A stretch of DNA of 27,688 nt from positions 1 to 27,688 of the IMG/VR virus record IMGVR_UViG_3300031890_000042, one strand, 5' to 3'. How positions within the stretch are numbered: the first letter of the stretch is position 1; each line of letters starts with the position of its first letter. The DNA is from a virus. Its lineage: Duplodnaviria; Caudoviricetes. The position numbers were made by a program, and so were the translations under genes. Under the pieces are notes generated by a model. It was given only the letters and a program-made list of their open reading frames with translations, was not told the DNA's origin and searched no databases. Shown in pieces: positions 1 to 8,754 of the stretch.

Positions 1-40
1 TGTCGGCTTTGCTGGTTCTGGTTTTGCGAGGTATGGATGA
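1..40 (+). CDS. 3' end of an upstream gene (partial, ...VGFAGSGFARYG*)
   Basis: Frame open from nt 2 to TGA 38-40, overlapping the ATG at 37 in the ATGA coupling used elsewhere in this operon. Confidence 0.35.
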   Translation, partial: VGFAGSGFARYG

Positions 41-531
41 GCAATGTTCCGACGACCTACGCGATTGACTATGTCACCACGACCGGTACCATCGATCATC
101 TGATCCGGCTCGATGCGCCGCTCGATCAGCCTGATTTATGGGGGCCGGATAGCGCGCTGACTGATGGCACGTTTCCGATCGAGAGCGGAATATCACGTCT
201 GATCCAGCCACTCGGGGCGCCGGCCGGAACTGAAATCGATGTCAGCCTCGCGACGCTTGAGGCAATCGTTCAGGCCAATACCGGCCTGTCGCCTCTGCGC
301 CCGCGATGTGGCGTGATCGACATGGTTACCAACAAGGTAATCGATGTCATCGCAGCTGATCCAGCGGTGGCGCGCCTGCCTGGGTTTATTCTCGCCTCGC
401 ATTCCAATGTCGCGATCGGCGATACCTATGATCCGGCTACGCAGATGCTTGCGCGCGCGTCGATCAGCGTTCCTGAAAAGGATAGGACTGTCCCAGGTTT
501 CAGTTTTAGGGCAAACGCCGTTGTTACATGA
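37..531 (+). CDS. Hypothetical phage protein, possible partner or chaperone of the glycine-rich fibre protein
   Basis: 164-aa ORF, ATGA-coupled to the next gene; C-terminal 'VIDVIAAD...IGDTYDP' segment resembles small proteins that accompany Gly-rich phage fibres (recollection, not searched). Confidence 0.6.
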   Translation: MSNVPTTYAIDYVTTTGTIDHLIRLDAPLDQPDLWGPDSALTDGTFPIESGISRLIQPLGAPAGTEIDVSLATLEAIVQANTGLSPLRPRCGVIDMVTNKVIDVIAADPAVARLPGFILASHSNVAIGDTYDPATQMLARASISVPEKDRTVPGFSFRANAVVT

Positions 532-2429
532 CGCAAATCGCCAAATTCAACGGCACCACCAGCTTCGTCATTCCTGGTGACTGGAGCAATACCAATCAGA
601 TCGAGTGCGTAGGCGCAGGGGCTTCCGGCTCTGCTTCCAACGTAACAAACGCTGAAGGAACGGGAAACGGCGGCGGCGCCTATTCCACCTCATCCAACCT
701 CACTGGCCTCAGCGGCACGATTACGATCGCCATCGGAGCAGGCGGAACCGGCGGCAATAATCTCGGAACGGCAGGAGGAAATACTTACTGGAACGGAGCG
801 AGCCTTGCCGGCTCGCAGGTTGGCGCTCAAGGAGGTCAGATTGGCACGGCGACTACCGCTGGAGCTGGCGGCGCAGCGTCCTCGGGGACGGGCACGACCA
901 AACATAACGGTGGGGCCGGAGGCGCGTTTCTGGCGACTGTCGTTGATGGCGGTACGGGCGGTGGCGGTGCGGCGGGACCGCAGGGTGATGGCGGACCAGG
1001 AGGAACTCTACCCGCCGCTAGTTCTGACACTGGCGCCGCTGGTGGCGGCGGTGCGGGTGGCGGCGGTTCCGGTACGGTTGGTGGCACCGGCAGCAATCCG
1101 CCGAATACGAGCGGCGGCGCGGGAGGCGCAGGCGGAAATAATGCGGCCGGCAGCGGCAGCGGGGCTGCCGGCACGGCCGGTGGTGGCGCTGGCACGGCCG
1201 GCACGGTGGGTGGCGGCGGTGGTGGCGGCGGTTCGAACGCAGCCGGTAATGCCACGACCGGCAACGGCGGCAATGGAGGTAATGGCAATGACTGGTCCGG
1301 CGTCAGCGCGGGCGTAGGAGGAGGAGGAGGCGGCGGCGGTTGCACCAATACGGCCACTGTCGTTCCTGGCAACGGTGGCAACTACGGTGGCGCCGGCGGC
1401 GGCAGCGGGAATCAGGGCAATACGTCGGCCGGCAACGGCGCCAATGGCGTCCTGATCATCACCTATACGCCGCTGGCTGGCGTTGCCGGCAATCTGATAG
1501 CGGCCGATCTGCCGCAGCGACTCCTTGATCCGATCCCGCACTTACGTACGTTTACGGCCAGCTATAATCCAAATCTGATCGGCAAGGATGTACTGCCGTT
1601 TCGCAATCCAACGCATGATCTGCCGCTCGATTGGCGCACTGACCGCTATGCCGCGCTGCGGCGCTGGGAATGGAAGTATCTGCAAACTCTCATCGGCCAG
1701 GACCAGATCCCTGGCGCGCGCGCATTCGAACTGCCGATAGGATGGAGGACAGACAGATATCCGCGACCGTGGGAGTGGTCTTATAATCCCAATCTCATTG
1801 GTCAGGACGCGCTGCCGGTTGGCGCCATCTGGGACGATCTTGCGCCGCCGGCGCGCCGGCCCATCGATTGGCAGCAACCGGTCGACCTGCTCACGAGCAC
1901 ACTGGCTGCGCCTATTGTTCTGCTGCCGCCTGGGCAGTTTCTCTATGACCTGGCGACCGGTTGGCGTGCCGATCCATATGTGGCCCAACGCGGCTGGGCC
2001 TGGAGCTACAATCCCAATCTCATTGGTCAGGACGCGCTGCCGGTTGGCGCCATCTGGGATGATCCTCCGGCTGCTTGGTGGGCGCCATCGCGGCCAGATT
2101 GGCGGCCAGTCAATCTGTTCGCCTCGACCCTGGCGCCAACGGCGCTGCTGCCTCCAGGGGTTGGCCTCTACGATCTGCCGCGGCTCGGCCTGCGGCTTGG
2201 GGCAGCGGTCGATTGGCAGCCAGATAACCTACTGACGACGACGCTTTTCATTCCGCCGGCACCACCTCCTCCTGGCCAAGCCTATTTCGCCCTGCCCATC
2301 CCTGGCCCGCAGCAGATGCCGCCGAGCGCAGCACTCAATCTGCTGCAGAGCACGCTCACACCGCCACCACCACCCGTCCTGACTGGCGGCGAGTGGATCA
2401 TCAAAGCACGCCGACGAGGCCGAAGATGA
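528..2429 (+). CDS. Glycine-rich fibre/appendage-like protein with Trp/Pro-rich repeat region and basic C-terminal tail
   Basis: N-terminal 'IECVGAGASG...GGGAYS...ITIAIGAGG...GANGVLIITY' Gly-rich domain; repeated WSYNPNLIGQDALP motifs; ends in KARRRGRR. Confidence 0.75.
   Translation: MTQIAKFNGTTSFVIPGDWSNTNQIECVGAGASGSASNVTNAEGTGNGGGAYSTSSNLTGLSGTITIAIGAGGTGGNNLGTAGGNTYWNGASLAGSQVGAQGGQIGTATTAGAGGAASSGTGTTKHNGGAGGAFLATVVDGGTGGGGAAGPQGDGGPGGTLPAASSDTGAAGGGGAGGGGSGTVGGTGSNPPNTSGGAGGAGGNNAAGSGSGAAGTAGGGAGTAGTVGGGGGGGGSNAAGNATTGNGGNGGNGNDWSGVSAGVGGGGGGGGCTNTATVVPGNGGNYGGAGGGSGNQGNTSAGNGANGVLIITYTPLAGVAGNLIAADLPQRLLDPIPHLRTFTASYNPNLIGKDVLPFRNPTHDLPLDWRTDRYAALRRWEWKYLQTLIGQDQIPGARAFELPIGWRTDRYPRPWEWSYNPNLIGQDALPVGAIWDDLAPPARRPIDWQQPVDLLTSTLAAPIVLLPPGQFLYDLATGWRADPYVAQRGWAWSYNPNLIGQDALPVGAIWDDPPAAWWAPSRPDWRPVNLFASTLAPTALLPPGVGLYDLPRLGLRLGAAVDWQPDNLLTTTLFIPPAPPPPGQAYFALPIPGPQQMPPSAALNLLQSTLTPPPPPVLTGGEWIIKARRRGRR
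1785..2059 (+). repeat. Exact 50-bp direct repeat (1785-1834 and 2010-2059) within the Gly-rich protein gene
   Basis: aatcccaatctcattggtcaggacgcgctgccggttggcgccatctggga occurs twice, in frame, 225 nt apart. Confidence 0.9.
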
Positions 2430-2827
2430 AATACCTGACGCTGTTGCTTTTGCTCTTGCTTCCAACACCGGCAGACGCACAGACCGCTATTCCTTATCAC
2501 TTCCTCAGCGCGGCCACGACCAATGCAAATGTGGTGGTTGCCGGCACGCGAGTGGTTGATAGTATTCTGGCGGTCAACACGGTGGCCGCAATCTACTATC
2601 TGAAACTTTATGACAAGGCCACGGCCCCGGTCTGTAATACCGATCCGGTGGTCTATACCGCACCCGTTCCATTTGCGGCCGGTAGCGCTGGCGGCGGCGT
2701 ATTTTTGCCGTTTCCGAATGGCCTTAGATTTCAGAATGGTGTTGCGTTCTGCCTGACTGGCGGCCTCGCCGACAATGACAATACCAATGCGGTTGTTGGT
2801 GTTGTGATCAGCTTTGGCATCAAATGA
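2426..2827 (+). CDS. Exported beta-rich hypothetical protein with Sec signal peptide
   Basis: Start at 2426 (ATGA overlap): MKYLTLLLLLLLPTPADA|Q fits a basic/hydrophobic/AxA signal; mature part YYLKLYDKATAP...GLRFQNGVAFCLTGG has 2 Cys. Confidence 0.75.
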   Translation: MKYLTLLLLLLLPTPADAQTAIPYHFLSAATTNANVVVAGTRVVDSILAVNTVAAIYYLKLYDKATAPVCNTDPVVYTAPVPFAAGSAGGGVFLPFPNGLRFQNGVAFCLTGGLADNDNTNAVVGVVISFGIK

Positions 2828-3762
2828 ACATGCTCCGCATATTTACGCTTTTGGTCACCTGTCTGTTTGCGACGACAGGTCAAGCCCAATTTTTGATTAG
2901 GGGTATTGGCTCAGGGGCTGCCAGCAACGGAACTTATACCGGCCCAGGAAATGTTGTAGGGGCCATTTTTTGGTGGGGGTTGCGGGCATATAACACGGCG
3001 GGCGCTGGAACAGCAAAGCTGGTGCAGTTGCAGCGCGCTTCGGATAGCCAAACATGCGATATCATAGCGTCGGTAACGGGAGGATTTGGAAACACAGCAA
3101 ACTGCTCTGGGGCTGCTAACGGACAGACTGCGGCAGTATTCTGTAATGCGACCATATGCAGTGTGATGAGGTTATATGAGCAGACTGGAAATCTGGCTTG
3201 CACTGCTACCGCTTGTGACTATGCCCAAACCGGAGCGCCTCCTGTGCTTACGCTGAATTGCATCGGATCGCAGCCTTGCATGACATTCAATGGCACGACG
3301 CAGGAATTGCGAACTGGAAACAATTCAGGATCGGCTCAGGCCCAGCCGCTTACGATTGTTAGCGCTTCACGGACTAACGCTGGATCGGGAAATCAAACTA
3401 CGTTCGGTATATCGAGTGCGCAGGTTCAAACGGGTTATAACGTTCCTACCGGATTTTTCTTCTTTGCAGGCAGCGAAGTATTCCCAGCAACGCCTCTCAT
3501 TGTGCTTGGCACATGGTATGCGCGGCAGGATTTGTTCAATGGCGCTTCAAGTGCCGGTTTTATCAATGGGGCGGCAACGGCTGCTCCAGGCAACCCAGGA
3601 GCAGTCGGCCTGACAACTGGCACCATCTTAACCCTTGGTTCCTCTAGCAGTGCCAATTTTCTAAATGGTCCCATAGTCGAGGGCGGTGTCTGGGCTGGTG
3701 CATTTTCGGGCCCGCAGCAAACTTCCATGGACAACAACATCCGTAGCTATTGGGGTTTTTGA
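2824..3762 (+). CDS. Exported Cys-rich protein, ConA/LamG-like (arabinofuranosidase-B catalytic-like) beta-sandwich
   Basis: Signal-like MNMLRIFTLLVTCLFATTGQA|Q; WWGLRAYN...QRASD...RLYEQTGN...FNG...FLNGPIVE...IRSYWG pattern; 8 Cys in the mature chain. Confidence 0.65.
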   Translation: MNMLRIFTLLVTCLFATTGQAQFLIRGIGSGAASNGTYTGPGNVVGAIFWWGLRAYNTAGAGTAKLVQLQRASDSQTCDIIASVTGGFGNTANCSGAANGQTAAVFCNATICSVMRLYEQTGNLACTATACDYAQTGAPPVLTLNCIGSQPCMTFNGTTQELRTGNNSGSAQAQPLTIVSASRTNAGSGNQTTFGISSAQVQTGYNVPTGFFFFAGSEVFPATPLIVLGTWYARQDLFNGASSAGFINGAATAAPGNPGAVGLTTGTILTLGSSSSANFLNGPIVEGGVWAGAFSGPQQTSMDNNIRSYWGF

Positions 3763-3763
3763 T

Positions 3764-4072
3764 ATGAGCGTAATGATGCGAACCGTAAATCCGGAGGCTA
3801 CGGCGGAGCTTGAGGCTGGCCGCGATCGCCGGCTTCCCCACGTAGCCCAGATGCTCCTCTATCACGCTCGGCCTGGCGAAGGCCGGAGAGGCAGGCTTGA
3901 GGCGCCCGCGGTCTGTAACGCCGTTCTGGATGAGGATCACGTCGATCTGACCGTGATCTGGGAAGGCGATGAGCTGGTGACCTGGCGAAATGTGCCACGC
4001 CGGACCGACCAGAACACGTTCAACGCCTGGACGTTCAATGCGGTCGACCAGAAGCATTACGTAAGCCCCTGA
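3764..4072 (+). CDS. Hypothetical protein
   Basis: ATG 1 nt after the previous stop; 102 aa; fills the gap before the portal gene. Confidence 0.65.
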   Translation: MSVMMRTVNPEATAELEAGRDRRLPHVAQMLLYHARPGEGRRGRLEAPAVCNAVLDEDHVDLTVIWEGDELVTWRNVPRRTDQNTFNAWTFNAVDQKHYVSP

Positions 4073-4105
4073 AATCCCCTGAAATTATTGAGTTGATTAG
4101 TTGGT

Positions 4106-6433
4106 ATGGCTCTCACCGGCTCGACCATCAACGTCACCACTGCACCAGGCGCGCCGCCACGGGCCGCTGATCCGGCCATTCAGGAGACGTTGGGCGGCAG
4201 CGAGGACGTCACCCGCGAGGACGCACGGCCATCAAAGCTGCCGAAGGACAAGCTCTTCGATTGCTTAAAAGGATGGTTCCGCTCCGATAGCACGCACATG
4301 ACCGCCTGGCTGGTCGAAGCAAAGGAGATGTACGATTTCCGTGCCGGCGACCAGTGGGCACCCGAAGACCGCCAGATCCTGAATTCGCAAAATAGACCGG
4401 AAATCGTTTTCAACCGTGTGTTGACGATGTTGAAAGCGGTCGCCGGCATGGAGATCAATGGCCGGCACGAGGTCAAATATATCCCGCGGCACAACGAAGA
4501 CACCTCAATCAATGAGCTCCTGAGCGGCGCCGGCAAATGGCTCACGGACGAGTGCGACGCCGAAGACGAAGAGAGCATGAGCTTCGACGATGCCAATACC
4601 TGCGGGCTCGGCTTTACCGAACACCGGCTCGATTACGAGCTCGACAAGCGCGGGACATATATCGAGGAGCGCGTCGATCCCCTCGAGATGCGGGTTGACC
4701 GGAATGCCAAGCGCAAGAACCTGATCGATGCGCGGCGAATGGCGCGGGTGCGCAAGATCCCGCTCGCCGACGCGATGCAGCTGTTCCGCGGCAAGAGCCG
4801 GACTGCGTTAGATGCCACTTGGGCAATTGGCACCGAGATGGAGGCCACCACCAAGACCTTGGAGGAGAAACGCAAGCGCGAGGAAAACACGACTGATACT
4901 ACGTACGACGACCTTTATGAAATCACACTTGTAAATTTCCAATGGTGGGAGCGGGAGACTTATTGGCTGCTCGCTGATCCAGTCACCAATCAAACAGTGG
5001 AGCTATCGACCGAGGAATATCACCTGTTCCACGTGATGATGCAGCGGCTCGGAGCGCTCGGCTCGCCGATACAGCACATGGCGGTCGAGATGACGCGGCG
5101 AGTCTACAAGGAAGCCTACTTGGGCGGCGAGGTGTTGTCGATCGGCGATGCGCCATTTGGCTGCTTCAAGTGGACCGCAATCACCGGCGAATACAATCGT
5201 ACGAGAGGACAGTGGTTTGGATTAGTCAAGATTATGAAAGACCCACAGATGTGGGCGAACAAATGGTTGTCCCAGAGTTTGCACATTCTCAATACGACCG
5301 CCAAAGGCGGCGTGATGGCCGAACAGGATGCATTCGAGGATGTAAGAGAGGCCGAAGATAAATGGGCGCGCCCCGATGCAATCATTTGGATGAAGCGCGG
5401 CGCGTTGGGCGGATCAAGTCCGAAAGTCATTCCGCGGCCAGGCGGGACATTTCCGCAAGGCCACATGGATCTGATGAACTTCGCGATCTCGGCAATCAGA
5501 GACGTGACCGGCATCAACCTCGAGCTCCTCGGTCTCAAAGATCAAAATCAACCAGGCATACTCGAGGCGCAGCGCAAGCAAGCCGGCATGACAGTGCTGG
5601 CAACCGTATTTGATAGCTTGCGACGGTTTAGAAAGATTGGCGGCCGGATCAGATTGATCGTGATCCAAAAATTCCTCTCTGACGGCCGGCTTGTCCGCAT
5701 CGTCGGACCGCAGGGCGCGCAAGCGGTGCCGCTGATGCGGGACAAATGCATCGGTGACTACGACGTCGTCATCGATGATGCGCCCACCTCGCCAAATCAG
5801 AAGGAACAGAATTGGGCGATTATCTCGGCGCTGCTGCCTGCATTCCGCGATCAGCTGGTGCAAAACCCAGACTTGTTGATGGCGGTCCTCAAGTATTCGC
5901 CGCTGCCGGCAGGGCTGATCGACGAGATGGAGAAAACCATGCAGATGCTGGCGCCGCAGACGCAGGGCCAGCAAGGGCTGCAGCAGGCCGCGGCGACCGC
6001 CAAGATAAACAAGGACCAAGCACAAGCCGAACTGTTCCTTAGCCAGGCGCGCAAGCAAGAGTCGACCGCCATGTACGATATTGCAATCGCCATGGCACAG
6101 TTCACCAAGGCTCACATGGACAACGATTACACGGCGGCCAAGGCGGCACATGAGCGCGTCAAAGCGATGGCCACGGCCATGCAGCCGCTGCCGGCCAACG
6201 CCAATCCGCTGGCGGACCAGGCGCACGAGGCTGCCCTGCAGGCCTCGGATCAGGCGCACGAGGCCACCATGCAGGTCGGCCAGCACCGCATGGATATGGT
6301 GCAGCAGCTGCTCAAGCAGCAGCACGAGCGGACGATGCAGGAACTCCAAAACCTACAGGCAGGGACAGCAGGCGGTGCGCAGGCCTCGCCGGCCGGCGGC
6401 TCGCCAGGCGTGGGAGCAACGGAGGCCGCATGA
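4106..6433 (+). CDS. Portal protein, P22 gp1-like
   Basis: 775 aa; motifs YDFRAGDQW, RPEIVFNRV, GLVKIMKDPQMWANK, IRDVTGIN, YDVVIDDAPTSPNQKEQ; Gln/Ala-rich helical C-terminal barrel-like region. Confidence 0.9.
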   Translation: MALTGSTINVTTAPGAPPRAADPAIQETLGGSEDVTREDARPSKLPKDKLFDCLKGWFRSDSTHMTAWLVEAKEMYDFRAGDQWAPEDRQILNSQNRPEIVFNRVLTMLKAVAGMEINGRHEVKYIPRHNEDTSINELLSGAGKWLTDECDAEDEESMSFDDANTCGLGFTEHRLDYELDKRGTYIEERVDPLEMRVDRNAKRKNLIDARRMARVRKIPLADAMQLFRGKSRTALDATWAIGTEMEATTKTLEEKRKREENTTDTTYDDLYEITLVNFQWWERETYWLLADPVTNQTVELSTEEYHLFHVMMQRLGALGSPIQHMAVEMTRRVYKEAYLGGEVLSIGDAPFGCFKWTAITGEYNRTRGQWFGLVKIMKDPQMWANKWLSQSLHILNTTAKGGVMAEQDAFEDVREAEDKWARPDAIIWMKRGALGGSSPKVIPRPGGTFPQGHMDLMNFAISAIRDVTGINLELLGLKDQNQPGILEAQRKQAGMTVLATVFDSLRRFRKIGGRIRLIVIQKFLSDGRLVRIVGPQGAQAVPLMRDKCIGDYDVVIDDAPTSPNQKEQNWAIISALLPAFRDQLVQNPDLLMAVLKYSPLPAGLIDEMEKTMQMLAPQTQGQQGLQQAAATAKINKDQAQAELFLSQARKQESTAMYDIAIAMAQFTKAHMDNDYTAAKAAHERVKAMATAMQPLPANANPLADQAHEAALQASDQAHEATMQVGQHRMDMVQQLLKQQHERTMQELQNLQAGTAGGAQASPAGGSPGVGATEAA

Positions 6434-6678
6434 CGACGGATGACGAGACGATCGGTCAGTGGCAGAGGCGAAAACAAGCGCAAGGAGTGCGCATCGTCGG
6501 GCGCCTGCCGCATCTGAAGATCGATAACAGCCTCGATTATCACACCAAGTTCGTGCTGGTCGATGTCGAGCATCTGATTGCAATCATCTATGGCCAGCTT
6601 GAGTGGCACGACCAGCACCAGCCGAGGATCGATCTAACCGACGCGGAAATCGTCAAGGCATTTGCAGAGGCCCCATGA
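6430..6678 (+). CDS. Hypothetical protein
   Basis: 82-aa ORF with ATGA overlaps at both ends. Confidence 0.65.
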   Translation: MTTDDETIGQWQRRKQAQGVRIVGRLPHLKIDNSLDYHTKFVLVDVEHLIAIIYGQLEWHDQHQPRIDLTDAEIVKAFAEAP

Positions 6679-7028
6679 GCAAGAGAATGGACTTTCCATC
6701 ATCCGGCAATCTGCTCGAGGCAGACCTGCCGCCGATGCAGAACGCAGCGGTCAATTCGATTTACGGCAAGATATCGGCGGTCGGCGCCAAGTACGGTTTT
6801 GAGGTGAAGTCGATCGAAATGTTCGACGGCAACCGCAGACTTGAGGTTGGCGTGGAACCGCTGACGACGGTCATCCACAAGGAGCATGGGCCGCTTTTCA
6901 AGAGCTGCTCCGTGAGCACCAAGGTTGAAGGGCGCACGATCGCCGAGATTGGTGCCGAACTCGCTCATGGTCTCGAAGACTGGGCAATGGCCAAGCTTCG
7001 CGTATGCGACAAAAGCCAGACGAATTAG
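6675..7028 (+). CDS. Hypothetical protein
   Basis: ATG 6675 overlaps the previous stop and is preceded by GAGG; 117 aa. Confidence 0.65.
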   Translation: MSKRMDFPSSGNLLEADLPPMQNAAVNSIYGKISAVGAKYGFEVKSIEMFDGNRRLEVGVEPLTTVIHKEHGPLFKSCSVSTKVEGRTIAEIGAELAHGLEDWAMAKLRVCDKSQTN

Positions 7029-7288
7029 GCCTGTGTCACTCCGATGGCTGCGGAGAGCCCGCCGAGTGGTCGGTGAAGCTTGTCCTGCGCGGCTCGGCGA
7101 TCAAAGCCAGCACGACATTGAAGGTCTGCTCGAGGCATCAGCAGAAAGCTGTCGCGTTCGTCCTTGGCGACGATAATCGCAAGGCGCTCGTCAATCACTT
7201 GGTCGATGACAACTGGGCGGACCACCAGACCGCGACGCGCCTCGTGCACAATGGTGCGCATATCGAGTTTGAGCCTCTCCCCAAGTGA
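7004..7288 (+). CDS. Small hypothetical protein, possible Zn-binding (CxxxxC...CxxH)
   Basis: CHSDGC...VCSRH motif; GTGA overlap with the next gene. Confidence 0.6.
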   Translation: MRQKPDELGLCHSDGCGEPAEWSVKLVLRGSAIKASTTLKVCSRHQQKAVAFVLGDDNRKALVNHLVDDNWADHQTATRLVHNGAHIEFEPLPK

Positions 7289-7608
7289 TCCGCGGTCATA
7301 TTGCGCTCGTGCGCATGCTGCAGGCCTATTTTGAAGGCAGCCGGCTGCCTTGGGGCAAGGTCACATTCAAACATGACAAGGATGACGACGACCGCCCGAT
7401 CTACGAGCGCGATCGCGTCGAACTCACATTCACCCATCGCGGCCGCGACATCGGCATCGTGATCTTCGCGCCGGACGAAGAGCGCCCCGAGGAGGGTGCC
7501 GGCCTTCCGAATGGCCGTCTCGCTGCGCGGTTCGACGACGGCAGCATCATCAAGGGCCCGATCGATCAGGCGACGTGGGATCGCATCGTCGCGGCAATCA
7601 ATCAGTAA
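7285..7608 (+). CDS. Hypothetical protein
   Basis: GTG start overlapping the previous stop; 107 aa. Confidence 0.6.
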   Translation: MIRGHIALVRMLQAYFEGSRLPWGKVTFKHDKDDDDRPIYERDRVELTFTHRGRDIGIVIFAPDEERPEEGAGLPNGRLAARFDDGSIIKGPIDQATWDRIVAAINQ

Positions 7609-7632
7609 GCGTTGCGTAAAAGGACGAGTGTC

Positions 7633-8754
7633 ATGGCTGACAATCAGGAGCTCCATATCGACGACGGAATGACGCCTGCCGAGCGAAGCTATTTCCAGAG
7701 CGGCGGAGACGTGAGCGACCAGCTGTCGCAAGAGAACCGTGATCAGCCGGCACCGGCTGAGCCACCAGCTGAAGGCACGCCGCATGAGATGCCGAGCTAT
7801 GGCGACGAGGTGGTGGCGGGCGAGCCGCATCCGCGGCGTATTGATTTCCAAAAGTATCAGGCCGAGCAAAGCGCGCGCATGGAGGCCGAGCGGCAGCTTC
7901 ATGAAATGCGTGTCGCCGGCGCCCGCGTCGAGGAGCGCCTCAATATTTTGCAGCAGGCCATCGCTGAGCCTGAAAGCGCTCCTGCAGCACCGACGCCTCG
8001 GCGCGAACGGCCGGATCCCCAGCAGGATATTTTTGGCTACGCCGCCTGGCTCGAGGATGGGTACAACGAACAGCAGGCCCAGCTCGCTGAAATCAATCGG
8101 CAAATCGCCGAATACAGAGACAACATTTCAACCGGCCAGGCCGAGTGGGAGCAGCGGACCGCGTATCTCAATACGCTCAACAACCAGGCCGGCCGCGATC
8201 CGAACTTCCTGCCTGCCTATTCGTATCTGATGCTCAACCGCGCAGCCGAGCTGATGGCGAACAGCTATCCAGGCGCCACCCGCGACCAATTGCTGCAGGC
8301 CGCGCAGAGGGATCTTCCGGTCGATGTGCAGAACATCATCCAGCAGGAAGAGCGTGACCTTTATCGCAATGCCTTCGAGGCAAACCGCAATCCTGCCGAA
8401 GACATCTATCGCCTCGCGCGGGTGCGCGGGTTCCAGCCCCAGCCGCAACAACAGCAACCTGCCGCGCAGCCACAGCGCCAGCAGCAGCCGGCGAGGCCTG
8501 GTACGCCGCTGAGCGGGACACCGGCACCCGCTGTACCCCGTCCTGGCAGCCAGAGCGCCACCGATGTCATCAACCAAATCCGCAATGGACAGGTTGCGGC
8601 TCGATCGCTCTCGCAGGTGTCCGGCAATGCTGCGCCTGGCGGCCTCACCGCAGAGATGCTGGCCAATATGTCGGACGACGAGTTCGCGGCTGCATACGCC
8701 GAGCTCATGTCGAAAGGGAACAAGGCTCAGGTCAAGCAACTGTTCGGGAATTGA
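7633..8754 (+). CDS. Capsid scaffolding protein
   Basis: Lies between portal and capsid genes; acidic N-terminus, coiled-coil middle, C-terminal 'LTAEMLANMSDDEFAA' helix typical of podovirus scaffolds; AAGGA upstream of ATG 7633. Confidence 0.8.
   Translation: MADNQELHIDDGMTPAERSYFQSGGDVSDQLSQENRDQPAPAEPPAEGTPHEMPSYGDEVVAGEPHPRRIDFQKYQAEQSARMEAERQLHEMRVAGARVEERLNILQQAIAEPESAPAAPTPRRERPDPQQDIFGYAAWLEDGYNEQQAQLAEINRQIAEYRDNISTGQAEWEQRTAYLNTLNNQAGRDPNFLPAYSYLMLNRAAELMANSYPGATRDQLLQAAQRDLPVDVQNIIQQEERDLYRNAFEANRNPAEDIYRLARVRGFQPQPQQQQPAAQPQRQQQPARPGTPLSGTPAPAVPRPGSQSATDVINQIRNGQVAARSLSQVSGNAAPGGLTAEMLANMSDDEFAAAYAELMSKGNKAQVKQLFGN

Noticed and set aside
1785-2059. Direct repeat as a DGR template/variable pair or CRISPR repeat
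   Set aside because: Both copies are in frame in one gene, flanking differences are not adenine-specific, there are no regular spacers, and no reverse transcriptase or cas gene is visible
5414-6349. Long minus-strand ORFs (also 7195-8103, 12776-13690, 8128-8757, 836-1381)
   Set aside because: Antisense shadows of well-supported + strand genes, expected in high-GC coding DNA; no recognisable motifs
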